Of a stretch of 64,000 nt of DNA, positions 8,356 to 18,386 are shown piece after piece. Source of the stretch: a virus; the IMG/VR virus record IMGVR_UViG_3300050821_006485, positions 37,203 to 101,202 of that record; one strand, 5' to 3'. Each line of letters starts with the position of its first letter. The stretch's first letter is position 1. Made by a program: the position numbers and the translations under genes. The notes below the pieces were generated by a model. That model searched no databases. It was not told where the DNA came from and saw only the letters and a list, made by a program, of their open reading frames with translations.

Positions 8356-11300
8356 ATGGCATTACTTCGCTACGATGGTTTTGTAAAGAGCGCTTTGGGA
8401 CAAGCCATAGCTGGCGCACAGATTTATGCATGTACTCAGCCTGCCAATACCGCTTTTATACCGCCTTCTCCCTTACTATCAATTTTTTCAGACATTAATG
8501 GGAACTCGTTAATTACCCAACCTCTTCGGGCCGATGGTTTTGGTCATTTTGATTTTTATATCCCCAGCACCACATTCACCCTTGTTATTGTTAACGGGGG
8601 GAAAGTACAACAGGTATACGCAGACCAGGCCCCAATGGGCAGCTTCGGGAGTGGCGGAGGAAGCATTGATTTAGGGGACCTTGCTAGTACCGACCCGGCA
8701 TCTGCCTTGAGCCCTTATGTCGCAAACGACGCAAACCCAAACATTGCTTTGAATCAGATTGTAATGATTAATAGGGGCTCCATCCCGGTAGATACTAAGC
8801 GTAAAGTCCTTAATGTTTATTTGGAGGTTAATGGGCAGCAATCCGGGGCAAATTACGATGGATTTCAATCTAACGTAGGGGTTACGATAGATGCAAACAC
8901 ATCCCCCTCCGCAGGGGCAGCCGAAGCCGGAGAATTTTCTACCTCCGTGTTTGGACCGGGTCCCTTTAGTCAGATAAATGCTCTAAAAACAAGAACCAGC
9001 ATACTAAACGGGGCTAACTTAACTAATGTAATAGGTTATTCACAGTACCTTCCGCAATTTGATTCTGGAACTACAACTTCTAATTATTTCGGAATTTTCC
9101 AAGATAACCCATCTGGTGGTGGAAACGTTACGAATTGGGTGGGAGCCTCTTTGCAGGCCCCGATTAGCGGGGTTAATGTTACCAATGGCTACGGAATTCT
9201 ATGCAGCGGTGGAACGGCAGCCCTTGTAGCAAACGATGCTACGCCTTCGCATGGTTTCATAGGGCACGGTTCCACCCCTGGGGGCTCGCCTGGCACTCTC
9301 CACGATGGCTGGTATGGCATTACGGGGTCTCCCGAGGGCGTGCTTACTGCTAACATAGGCTCCATAGCTTCTCGCCAAGACGGTGGGCCTGGTACAGCCC
9401 TATACGTAAAGGAAACCGGCTCTGGTAACGTTGGGTGGACGGCGGTGACCTCTACGTCTAACGCAACCAATTTGCAAGGCACCCCAATAAGTACCGTAGG
9501 ACCTACTTCTCTTCAAGTTTTGCAGTTCGTAGGGGGGAAGTGGACCCCGGAAACTGTGGCCGGAATCTCCACGTATAACGTGGCTCACTCAACGGACTAT
9601 ATTTGGTCTATTGTAGCAGGAGTGGGCTTTGGCGCATTAACTGCGGGAACTCCAGCTACGGTAACCTTTGCTACCGCGCCACAAGGCATTGATTGCAGCG
9701 GCAGGGCGTGTACGCCGTACTGGATTTATATATCTGGAGTTGGCACAGCCGAAGCCGTAAAGGTTACCGGAGGTACTTGTACTTCTGGTGCACTTAATTG
9801 CACTGTACAATTTACCCCGTTTTTTAGTCACAGCACCGGCTACACCCTTGGCACTGCTACAGCAGGAATTCAGGAAGCTCTAAACATTGCTTGTGGTGTT
9901 GATCCTAATCCAATTTTGAATGGATATTGCAAAGTTATTGTTCCTCCATCGGCTATAGGGTTTTCTTATCCCGTGCACGCAACTATTACGATGTGCACTA
10001 CGGAGTCTTCTTTAGAGGGGTATGGAGCAACCCTGGCTTGCGATTCTAGGGGGCCGTGCTTGCAAATTGGGGACTTGGTTCTTTCTACCCATGCCAATTC
10101 TAACACTGTACAGGGCCTTACATTTAGACCGACGCCATTGCTTTCTACTTCCGACTACGTGGGAAACCTAATTACCAGCACTTCTCGTGCTAGTGGGGTT
10201 TCCACGATAAACACCAATGCGTCCCATAATTTTAGAGTGGGCGATCCGGTTACAATTCTTTTTACGGATGACACCCGCTATTGGGGGGATGTTCCGCAGA
10301 TCGCATCGGTACCGTCTTCTACATCCTTTACTTACAATTCTACCGGCAGAGGGGATGCTACACTGCAAACAACTCCCGGACTCGTGGCGCTTACATATGT
10401 CTGCGTTTTAGATAACGCCAATGGTACCGCCCTACGTGACTTAAAAGTAGATTATGAGGCCAGCGCGGGGGCTTTTAATGGCATATTCGATTTGTGGGAC
10501 GATGAGGATTGCACTATTGATAATTTTACAAACAATGGGATCGCATTAAACAGAAATATTAACTGGTCTCCTTCGTTTATTGCTTCTTACGGAGCAAACA
10601 ATTTACCCAGTGCTACACAGCAGTTAGCCGCTGTTCTTAGCTTATCTAACACAAGTATAACCGCACAATCGGCTAACGCTATTACCTTTTTTAATTGCAA
10701 CGGGTTGTATATAGATAACACCGTTTTGCAAGCCACCGGACCTTGGCAGGTAAATTGTTCTAATCAAACGGGCAATTTTCAAGGCGCGTCTATTAGAAAC
10801 CTTTATTCAGAGTCTGGAGCCGGTCTTAATCCGGTTTCTCCGGCTAGAAGTCCTTGGCCCGGCTTGGGAACCGCCGGGCTAATCGCGGGGCCTTCTACCG
10901 GCGCGGCATCCTTTAATATCCGTGGGAATGGTAATGTAGCGGGGGCTTATCCTATAGTTGGAACCGGTTCTACTAATTATATTTATTACGTAGTAGCCCA
11001 TGACACCACCGCAGGAACCTCTACTCCACCGCTGCCAGTTATGTATGCCAAATCTAATGGTGGAGCTGTTACCGTATCTTGGCCTAGAATCGCCAACGGT
11101 ACCGACGCATTTACTTATGATGTATTAAGGGTAGCTTCAGCAAGTGGAACCATAGCAGACCCATTAAGCATTTCGCCCTATACAGGGGGATGCCCAGGCG
11201 GATCAACTTCTGCTATGGGCAGTGTTGTAGTTGGACAAGCGCAGCAGTCTGGGTTTATACAAACATTTTCTGATGACACGACAGTTGCTACTACAAGTTA

Positions 11301-12027
11301 TCCAACAGTTCCTACTGGGAATTATTTAGGGAACATTACTTTTTGGCCGGGGCAATCTATCACTACAAACGCTATTGTACACAGCGATTTTCCTTTGTTT
11401 GTAATGCAAACTGGTATGCTCGGGAACCCAACGAATGATTGTATGTACGCAGCAAATGGAGGGGCACAATCTCCTTCTACCACTACAGCGGTATCAACAT
11501 TTTGGGACGCCGGTAACGGTCTTGTTAATCACCAAGCATTGGTTCTTAATGACGGGCCTAATAATGGTTCTTGGGGTAGTAATAAAAGAGGCCGACTAAA
11601 CTTCGGCACCTCTGGAGGAAGTAGTTTAAATCCGGGACACATTATAACGCTGGTAGATAGCAATCCACTAAAAACCAGAGCGTACTCTTTAAACCGCCCC
11701 CCTAATTCGAGTAACGACACGTTTATCGGCTTAGATAGTGGTAATGTTGGCTTGGCATCCGCTCAGCTCACCCTCGGCGCACCCATAGCTATCTCCCAGT
11801 ATATTTCTAATATCGGTGACGGAGCTTCTTGGTTGGAACGTTTGACTGCCACTAAGAAGCAGTTTGCGGTTCCTGTGCAGTTGGCATCGTATACCTTTGC
11901 GACCCTTCCTAGTTTGCCGGATGGGTCTTCCGCCTATTGCTCTAACTGTACAAGAGGCGGCGCTTGCGGCAGCGGCGGTACCGGAGCTTTAGCGGTGCAT
12001 ATTAACGGAGGATGGGCGTGTTTATAA
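8356..12027 (+). CDS. Large tailspike/fibre-like virion protein
   Basis: 1223 aa, G/S/T/N-rich; GSPEGVLTANIGS...LYVKETGSGNVGW motif; AGIQEAL pre-beta-helix helix; N-domain shared with 12353. Confidence 0.75.
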   Translation: MALLRYDGFVKSALGQAIAGAQIYACTQPANTAFIPPSPLLSIFSDINGNSLITQPLRADGFGHFDFYIPSTTFTLVIVNGGKVQQVYADQAPMGSFGSGGGSIDLGDLASTDPASALSPYVANDANPNIALNQIVMINRGSIPVDTKRKVLNVYLEVNGQQSGANYDGFQSNVGVTIDANTSPSAGAAEAGEFSTSVFGPGPFSQINALKTRTSILNGANLTNVIGYSQYLPQFDSGTTTSNYFGIFQDNPSGGGNVTNWVGASLQAPISGVNVTNGYGILCSGGTAALVANDATPSHGFIGHGSTPGGSPGTLHDGWYGITGSPEGVLTANIGSIASRQDGGPGTALYVKETGSGNVGWTAVTSTSNATNLQGTPISTVGPTSLQVLQFVGGKWTPETVAGISTYNVAHSTDYIWSIVAGVGFGALTAGTPATVTFATAPQGIDCSGRACTPYWIYISGVGTAEAVKVTGGTCTSGALNCTVQFTPFFSHSTGYTLGTATAGIQEALNIACGVDPNPILNGYCKVIVPPSAIGFSYPVHATITMCTTESSLEGYGATLACDSRGPCLQIGDLVLSTHANSNTVQGLTFRPTPLLSTSDYVGNLITSTSRASGVSTINTNASHNFRVGDPVTILFTDDTRYWGDVPQIASVPSSTSFTYNSTGRGDATLQTTPGLVALTYVCVLDNANGTALRDLKVDYEASAGAFNGIFDLWDDEDCTIDNFTNNGIALNRNINWSPSFIASYGANNLPSATQQLAAVLSLSNTSITAQSANAITFFNCNGLYIDNTVLQATGPWQVNCSNQTGNFQGASIRNLYSESGAGLNPVSPARSPWPGLGTAGLIAGPSTGAASFNIRGNGNVAGAYPIVGTGSTNYIYYVVAHDTTAGTSTPPLPVMYAKSNGGAVTVSWPRIANGTDAFTYDVLRVASASGTIADPLSISPYTGGCPGGSTSAMGSVVVGQAQQSGFIQTFSDDTTVATTSYPTVPTGNYLGNITFWPGQSITTNAIVHSDFPLFVMQTGMLGNPTNDCMYAANGGAQSPSTTTAVSTFWDAGNGLVNHQALVLNDGPNNGSWGSNKRGRLNFGTSGGSSLNPGHIITLVDSNPLKTRAYSLNRPPNSSNDTFIGLDSGNVGLASAQLTLGAPIAISQYISNIGDGASWLERLTATKKQFAVPVQLASYTFATLPSLPDGSSAYCSNCTRGGACGSGGTGALAVHINGGWACL

Positions 12028-12353
12028 AACCAAAAATGCCCAAAGCTGTGAGGATTTACACGCAGCTTGGTTGTAATCCGTGCGCAGAAACCGAGAAATA
12101 TTTCGCAGAACACGGGGTATCTACAGAAATAATAATCGTAGATGATTTGCTTAAGCAAGCTATCCCAAAAGAGTTGGGCATGAAGGAAATTCTAACGCCA
12201 ATTACCGTATGCTATACAGGAGAAAATCCTCAGCTTGTAGTTGGGTATAACCCACAAGTCTTTGATGTGTTCATTAATAACTCTAAGAATTTCAAGGAAC
12301 CAAGATATTTAGGACCGCCGGTTATTGAAGGCGCAACGTTGCAGGAGGCATAA
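12012..12353 (+). CDS. Glutaredoxin/NrdH-like redoxin (start may be GTG 12018 or ATG 12036)
   Basis: IYTQLGCNPC (CxxC), cis-Pro motif LTPI, VVGYNP. Confidence 0.75.
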   Translation: MGVFIKPKMPKAVRIYTQLGCNPCAETEKYFAEHGVSTEIIIVDDLLKQAIPKELGMKEILTPITVCYTGENPQLVVGYNPQVFDVFINNSKNFKEPRYLGPPVIEGATLQEA

Positions 12354-13684
12354 TGCCAACTTATTTTCGTTATGATTCCTGGGTCAAGTCGGTTCTTGGT
12401 CAGGCCGTAGCTGGGGCACAGATTTGGGTCTGTACACAACCTGCGAATGTAACGCCGCCAGTTACTCCGCCCAGAACTACTCCGGTACCGTGGGCAGGCC
12501 CTAATCCGCAAGCGCCGATTTTCTCAGACCCTAACGGAGTTTCATTAGTTACTCAGCCTCTCCTGAGTGACGGTTTTGGGCATTATAATTTCTATGCAGC
12601 GCCCGGCATTTACACGGTAGTTGTCTACAACCAGGGTAAACTACAAAATTTCTACCCGGATCAATCCCTTGGTAATATCAGTACGAATACCATTACGGGC
12701 ACTTCTATTTTATTCGAAACGAACGGCGTAGCGGATGCCCAGCAATTACTAAGAAATCTTGTGAGTACGCCAAGCGTGTCCGTGGCAACCGATGGGTCCG
12801 GGAACACCACATTTGGCGTAACGGGGACTGCGTTAACGTTGAAAACCAATGGCGTAGTTAACGGAAACCAGTTTCTTTTGAATTTGCAGGATGGGGCTGG
12901 CGTTCATATTACGCAGGACGGGGCTGGGAATGTAGCAATTATTAATACTGCTATTCCAATTTTTAAAACTAATGGCGTTACAAACGGGAACCAATCACTA
13001 TTAAATTTAGTAAACGGGACCGGAATTAATATTACTCAAGATGGGTCTGGGAATACTACTATTAACAGTACTATTACCCCTTTGCTGCTAAAAACCAATG
13101 GTACTACAAACGGGAGCCAATCTCTCCTAAATCTTTTAGACGGCACCGGTATCCATATTACACAAGATGGGTCTGGGAATACTACAGTTAATTCTACCTT
13201 AGCTTTAAAGACTAATGGGGTTACGAACGGCAGTCAGACTCTTTTAAATTTGGTAGACGGAACCGGAACGCATATTACCCAAGACGGAGTTGGTAACGTT
13301 ACTATTAATAACACCTCTACACTAAGAACTGGTGCAATTATTTACACAATAGACGGCGGTGGATCGGTAATTACTACCGGAGCAAAAGGGCAGTTAGATA
13401 TACCTTTAAATTGCACTGTTACAGGTTGGGTATTAACCGCAGATCAGTCCGGTTCTGCCGTGGTAGATGTTTTGCGTAGTTCTTACGCGGGATTTCCTAG
13501 TACTAGTAGCATAGCTGGTTCTGATAAACCCACGCTTTCTTCAGTACAGAAGAATGAGAATTTATCAATAGGAGCATGGGGTTCTACCGCACTGTTGGCG
13601 GGAGACCAGTTGCAATTTAATGTAAACAGCGCCACCACGGTTCAAAGACTAAATCTAGCTCTTATTGTCACAATGACTGGATAA
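12353..13684 (+). CDS. Fibre/decoration protein with tandem ~40-aa repeats
   Basis: About five copies of LKTNGVTNGxQxLLNLxDGTGIHITQDGSGNTTI; N-domain paralogous to 8356. Confidence 0.75.
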   Translation: MPTYFRYDSWVKSVLGQAVAGAQIWVCTQPANVTPPVTPPRTTPVPWAGPNPQAPIFSDPNGVSLVTQPLLSDGFGHYNFYAAPGIYTVVVYNQGKLQNFYPDQSLGNISTNTITGTSILFETNGVADAQQLLRNLVSTPSVSVATDGSGNTTFGVTGTALTLKTNGVVNGNQFLLNLQDGAGVHITQDGAGNVAIINTAIPIFKTNGVTNGNQSLLNLVNGTGINITQDGSGNTTINSTITPLLLKTNGTTNGSQSLLNLLDGTGIHITQDGSGNTTVNSTLALKTNGVTNGSQTLLNLVDGTGTHITQDGVGNVTINNTSTLRTGAIIYTIDGGGSVITTGAKGQLDIPLNCTVTGWVLTADQSGSAVVDVLRSSYAGFPSTSSIAGSDKPTLSSVQKNENLSIGAWGSTALLAGDQLQFNVNSATTVQRLNLALIVTMTG

Positions 13685-13688
13685 ATAC

Positions 13689-14450
13689 ATGTCTTATGCA
13701 TTAGTGCACAGCGGAAGTTATGGGTTAGGTACTTTTTTTACTACTACAACTAATACTACGACCGGCCATTATTCAGTTACTACACAAGCCGGTAATTTGT
13801 TGATACTTGTTATTGCATTTATTAACCAAGACCCAAATGCGTCAGTCCCATCTATAGGCACACCGTCTACCCCTGGATTTACATGGGTATTGGCCGGAAC
13901 AATTACGAGTGATAATTATTTTGATGGTACATTTAATAATCAGCAGTCAATAGCCGTATATTATATAGATAATGCACCTTCGATGGCGGCCAGCGTAATA
14001 ACTTCTGTTGTAGGAACACTGAGTGTAGCTCCCAATAATCATAATGACACATTGAGCTTTGAATTAAGTGAATGGAGCGGTGAAGTTATTGGAAGTGTAA
14101 TAGATGTAACCGCAACTGCTAAAGGAATAAGTACTGTTCCATCGGCAGGAAGTATTAACACCAATTTTACAGATTTATTACTTGTTAGTGCTACAGATAT
14201 AGGAGGAAATACAGAAGGATCGGGGTTTACAGCGCTGAATAATCATAACCCTCCGCCGCATATTACAGCTATAGCAGGGGCAATTAATCAGTATATTTTG
14301 AATGCAGTTCCGGGGACGTATAATACATCGTTTGTTGCTTCGGCTGGAGTTCCACTATATTGCTGGGGGTGTGTTGCCATTGGATTTAAAGCTACCGGTG
14401 GAGGAGGCGGTGGATTTCCTTACTCACACGGCACTCTCATAGGTTTTTAA
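13689..14450 (+). CDS. Beta-rich virion accessory protein
   Basis: TQAGNLLILVI...ELSEWSG...DLLLV pattern; low GC. Confidence 0.6.
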   Translation: MSYALVHSGSYGLGTFFTTTTNTTTGHYSVTTQAGNLLILVIAFINQDPNASVPSIGTPSTPGFTWVLAGTITSDNYFDGTFNNQQSIAVYYIDNAPSMAASVITSVVGTLSVAPNNHNDTLSFELSEWSGEVIGSVIDVTATAKGISTVPSAGSINTNFTDLLLVSATDIGGNTEGSGFTALNNHNPPPHITAIAGAINQYILNAVPGTYNTSFVASAGVPLYCWGCVAIGFKATGGGGGGFPYSHGTLIGF

Positions 14451-15125
14451 ATGCGCGTCCTTATAGCCGTTCTTAGTTGCTGGGCAATGCGCCACTATGA
14501 AGATAGCATACGCAATACGTGGGCTAAGGAAGTTCCAGAGGGTGTTGATTATCGGTTTTTTCTAGGCGAGCCCCAAGCAAGTGCGGCACCTGATGAAGTG
14601 TTCCTGCCCGTACAAGATACGTTTGACGGGGTGACCCATAAAGTCGTAGCAATGCTTCAGTGGGCGCTAGATCAAGAGTATTCTCATGTTTTTAAGGCAG
14701 ACCTAGACACCCTGATTCGGCCAGCTTCTTTACTACAGAGTGGATTTGAGCAGTATGATTGGGTTGGTGGACAGAACGGATTTTTTCTCAGTGGCGGCGG
14801 GGGCTATTGGTTGAGCAGGAAGGCTATGCAATGCGTGGTAGCTACCCCAATAGAAGGGGGACAGGCTGAGGATGTAAACGTAGCGCGGGTGCTCCTAGCA
14901 AACGGTATAGAACTCCAAGCGGATGCCAGGTATCTATTTTACCCCGGCTCTGTTATGAACGACCAAACGCTTACGATGCATTTATCGAGCGTTAGAGGTT
15001 GGAATGTTAAAGCAACGCCTCAGATGATGTTGGATACGTGGGAAGATCAGAAAAATAGAGTATACAAGAGATATACGTCAGAGCTAGAAGTTAAGTTTAC
15101 TAGGGCACTCAGGAGATTCAGGTGA
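14451..15125 (+). CDS. GT-A glycosyltransferase, GT31 (galactosyltransferase/Fringe)-like
   Basis: IRNTW, FKADLDT (DxD), GGGYWLSRKAM, AEDV. Confidence 0.8.
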   Translation: MRVLIAVLSCWAMRHYEDSIRNTWAKEVPEGVDYRFFLGEPQASAAPDEVFLPVQDTFDGVTHKVVAMLQWALDQEYSHVFKADLDTLIRPASLLQSGFEQYDWVGGQNGFFLSGGGGYWLSRKAMQCVVATPIEGGQAEDVNVARVLLANGIELQADARYLFYPGSVMNDQTLTMHLSSVRGWNVKATPQMMLDTWEDQKNRVYKRYTSELEVKFTRALRRFR

Positions 15126-15997
15126 GTTTAACAATTTTTGGCGGTAGCGGGTTTGTAGGTAGTGAGTACAAACGGCAGTTTTACCATCACGCTGTGGGGA
15201 ACATATACGCATTCAACAAGCGAGACGACTACAGCGTTTTTAGTAAGGACATTCTTTATCTACTTTCTACCGTTCATAATTATCATATTTTTGACGCCCC
15301 CCTTTTAGATGTAGAAACAAATCTAATTATTTTGGTAAAAGTTTTAGAAAGTTGGAGAAAATACCAAGAGGAATCTGGACAAAAGGGTGTGTTCAACTTC
15401 GCGTCTAGTTGGAGCGTTTACGGAGACCAAAAAGAATTGCCAGTCGCAGAGAACGCTATATGTAACCCAAAAGGGTGGTATATTATTACCAAAAGATGTG
15501 CTGAGCAACTTCTTATTGAATATTGCACTACTTTTCATTTGAATTACAAGATTTTACGTTTTGCGAACGTTATAGGATCGCACGACAAGAAGGCTTCGGA
15601 AAAGAAAAACGTTCTTCAGCATTTAGTTAACAAATTGGCCAAAAACGAAGATGTTGAAATATTTGGAGATGGCTCTTTTCTCCGCGATTTTATCCACGTT
15701 AGTGATTGCGTTGCCGCCGTACAGTTAGTAATGGACAAGGGAAAGTCTAACGAAATCTACAACGTTGGGAATGGTCGGACCTGGTATTACAAAGATATTC
15801 TGCTCTATGCCAAACAAAATCTTGGTTCTACCGGGCGGATACTGCATGTAGAGCCAAGCGAATTCCAGGCGAATGTGCCGGTGCAAAATTTTTATATGGA
15901 CAACACTAAGATTCGTAGACTAGGATACTACCCCCGATACACGGGAGAACAACTGTTTAATACGCTTCTGCCCACCGGAAAAGTGGAGTATGAATAA
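15122..15997 (+). CDS. NAD-dependent epimerase/dehydratase (extended SDR)
   Basis: GGSGFVG, SSWSVYG, YIITK (YxxxK), GDGSFLRDFIHVSD. Confidence 0.92.
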   Translation: MSLTIFGGSGFVGSEYKRQFYHHAVGNIYAFNKRDDYSVFSKDILYLLSTVHNYHIFDAPLLDVETNLIILVKVLESWRKYQEESGQKGVFNFASSWSVYGDQKELPVAENAICNPKGWYIITKRCAEQLLIEYCTTFHLNYKILRFANVIGSHDKKASEKKNVLQHLVNKLAKNEDVEIFGDGSFLRDFIHVSDCVAAVQLVMDKGKSNEIYNVGNGRTWYYKDILLYAKQNLGSTGRILHVEPSEFQANVPVQNFYMDNTKIRRLGYYPRYTGEQLFNTLLPTGKVEYE

Positions 15998-17117
15998 AAC
16001 TCAGGATGTTATTCTTGGCGTTCTCTCAGGTCCCAATTATGGTTTTAAGTACCCCGGTGTCGAGTCATACATTGTCAGTATAAATCGCTCGGGATTTGCC
16101 GGGCGTAAAGTAATGATCGTCTGGAATATTCATCCAGAAACGCGTAGGGCGTTGGTTGTACACGGGTTTGAAGTTGTAGATTTATCGCCGTGGCCCCCTG
16201 ACCGCTTCTTCCACGCTAGAATGCGCGTGGCGTGGGAGTACATGCGGGATCATTATAAAGAATTCAGATATTGTTTTTGGCTCGACATTAAGGACCTTTT
16301 GCTGCAATCCGATCCGAGTTTATGGATGGAACAAAACATTGGAAAAGCGCAACTCGTAGGTTCAACCGAGTGTACCGCGCTTGCCGAATGCGAAACAAAC
16401 AACCTTTGGATTCGTACAATTTTTGGGGACAAAGTTTTCAACCAAATTGGTCACGAAGAAACAATAAATGGCGGGACTTGGGCAGGTTATGCTGAGCCCA
16501 TGATGGAAGTATTCCATAGGGTTCATAATTTGATTAAAGACTATGGCGGCCCTTATCCGCCGTGTCAAGCAGGCATAAACGTAGCTCTGCATACAGATTT
16601 TAAAAGTATGCTATACATTCCTAGATGGGAGAAGGGCTTTGCTGCGTGCATGCATCCGTTTTGGAGTCCTTGGCGTGTGCCAATGGCCCCTTATTTACGA
16701 GATAAGCCGCCCGTTCTTGATTTGAGAACGTGTGTACTCTATCCGGGAATAGTTAGCGGCCCTAACAACAAAGCAATCCCATTTAACGGCAATTGGGGGC
16801 AGAATAAGGATTTCAGCATTTGCTCGGCATCCGCCGGGCCTATGCACTGCGTAGAATGCGTGGAAAACTCCCAGAATCGGCCATTTTCTATTTTGCACGG
16901 GTATGATCGTGATTGGAATCTTAAAGAAATGTTTGAGTTCAAGTACCGTTTCGACCAAGGCGATTGGAACTTGCAAAAGTTCAAGGAATATAAGGAGCTG
17001 ATGGTGCCGTCGTACCAAAGGGAATTCAAGAGGGGTCTCAGGAGACCCGAGGCTGTTATGGCAGGTGCTAGGTTGGGAACCCAAGCGAGTGCCAGGCAGT
17101 TGCATAGGAGACCTTAA
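15990..17117 (+). CDS. Putative GT-A glycosyltransferase
   Basis: CFWLDIKDLLLQSDP, INGGTWAG, ILHGYDR. Confidence 0.65.
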   Translation: MNKTQDVILGVLSGPNYGFKYPGVESYIVSINRSGFAGRKVMIVWNIHPETRRALVVHGFEVVDLSPWPPDRFFHARMRVAWEYMRDHYKEFRYCFWLDIKDLLLQSDPSLWMEQNIGKAQLVGSTECTALAECETNNLWIRTIFGDKVFNQIGHEETINGGTWAGYAEPMMEVFHRVHNLIKDYGGPYPPCQAGINVALHTDFKSMLYIPRWEKGFAACMHPFWSPWRVPMAPYLRDKPPVLDLRTCVLYPGIVSGPNNKAIPFNGNWGQNKDFSICSASAGPMHCVECVENSQNRPFSILHGYDRDWNLKEMFEFKYRFDQGDWNLQKFKEYKELMVPSYQREFKRGLRRPEAVMAGARLGTQASARQLHRRP

Positions 17118-17121
17118 ACCT

Positions 17122-17850
17122 ATGAAAGTACTTATAGGGGTGATTACCTGCCATAAGCACTCGGCGTTTCAGCAAGCCATAAGAAACACTTGGCTACCAC
17201 ATACCCCTAAAGAGGTAGACGTAAGGTTTTTCTCGGGGAGGGGAGCTAAGCGAGAACCAAGGGAAGACGAAGTTTTTTTAGAAAATGCGGGTGACGAATA
17301 CCTTGATCTGCCAGAAAAGGTCAAGGCAATGTTCACTTGGGCGTATGAACATGGCTATGATTTTGCCATGAAACTAGATAACGACGTGGTTTTAAAACCA
17401 CAGGAATGGTACAACGGTTTTTATCGGGACGACTTCTCGGGCTATGGTGATGTCAACGTAAAAAATGGGGAAATCAAAACTCCATGGGGATTCGCCTACG
17501 TCCTCAGCAGGAAAGCAATGGAGTTGATAGTGAACGCTCCGCTTCCGGGACAGCCCGGTTCTATGTGGAGTACGTCGCATTCTAACGATGAAGCGTTTGT
17601 AAGCTCAGTTTTGCACTGGAACGGTATTTATTTGCACAACGACTCTAGATACGTGCTATTCAGGGGGAAACCGACTGAGCGAGACCTAAGCAAGGTGCAT
17701 AGACCATTGCGTAGGCCTAGGCCGATGGAAAAAGAGTGCCAGGCGGGTGCATTTGCTACCTGTATTTATTTGAACTGGAACGGATTTCATATGACTCCAG
17801 ACGAAGAGATTCTCAGAGAGTTTCATAGAGTATTTTCTGAGGGTAAGTAG
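17122..17850 (+). CDS. GT31-like glycosyltransferase (paralog of 14451)
   Basis: ATG 17122 after AGGAG; IRNTW, MKLDNDV, GFAYVLSRKAM, NDEAFV. Confidence 0.8.
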   Translation: MKVLIGVITCHKHSAFQQAIRNTWLPHTPKEVDVRFFSGRGAKREPREDEVFLENAGDEYLDLPEKVKAMFTWAYEHGYDFAMKLDNDVVLKPQEWYNGFYRDDFSGYGDVNVKNGEIKTPWGFAYVLSRKAMELIVNAPLPGQPGSMWSTSHSNDEAFVSSVLHWNGIYLHNDSRYVLFRGKPTERDLSKVHRPLRRPRPMEKECQAGAFATCIYLNWNGFHMTPDEEILREFHRVFSEGK

Positions 17851-17856
17851 AACAAA

Positions 17857-18386
17857 AATTAACTAATTGTATCCGACTAGCTCGGGGAGGAAATTAAATT
17901 ATGCCACAAGTACAATTCGAGTTACCAGAGCAGCCTATCGGCTCGGCAACAAGTGCAACATCACAAGTCAGTTTGCTGGAATTAACGTTTCCAGACATTA
18001 CGCAAAAAAGTATACGAGCATGGGGCATCATTACATTTAGTCCGGGCTCTTATGTAAAGGGCGGACTGTTTGTAAACCTCATGCAATTCGCGGATGACCG
18101 AGCAATCGACTTCAACGGATTTTTGCGTTGCAAAGTTTGGAACGAAGACCCGGTTCCGCCGGGTGGAATTAATTATACGTACCACTATGCACCAACTTCG
18201 GACGTTGTTCAAATTTTTAATAACGGAGTGGAGTTAGCTACTGGGACGCAAATTCCTGCGGCTATTCTGAATGACGATACCTTGTTTTTAGCCACCTGGG
18301 ACCGTACTAACGTTCGTGGATAAGATTTTAGAAGTAAATTAACTAATTGTATCCGCCAAAAAGCGCGGGGAAATGGAAAAAAAATT
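17857..18386 (+). repeat. Duplicated leader AATTAACTAATTGTATCCG...CGGGGA...AAATTATGCCA (two copies, ~17857 and ~18337)
   Basis: Identical 19-mer ahead of both 17901 and 18387. Confidence 0.85.
17901..18323 (+). CDS. Stand-alone beta domain, paralog of the C-terminus of 18387 (likely decoration protein)
   Basis: ELTxPDITxKSxRxWG...DFNGFLRC...QIFNNGVELA...WDRTxVRG shared with 18387. Confidence 0.75.
   Translation: MPQVQFELPEQPIGSATSATSQVSLLELTFPDITQKSIRAWGIITFSPGSYVKGGLFVNLMQFADDRAIDFNGFLRCKVWNEDPVPPGGINYTYHYAPTSDVVQIFNNGVELATGTQIPAAILNDDTLFLATWDRTNVRG

Noticed and set aside
12700-13320. CRISPR-like or non-coding repeat array (also 28180-28620 and 43350-44140)
   Set aside because: Repeats are degenerate, in frame and protein-coding; no constant repeat with unique spacers
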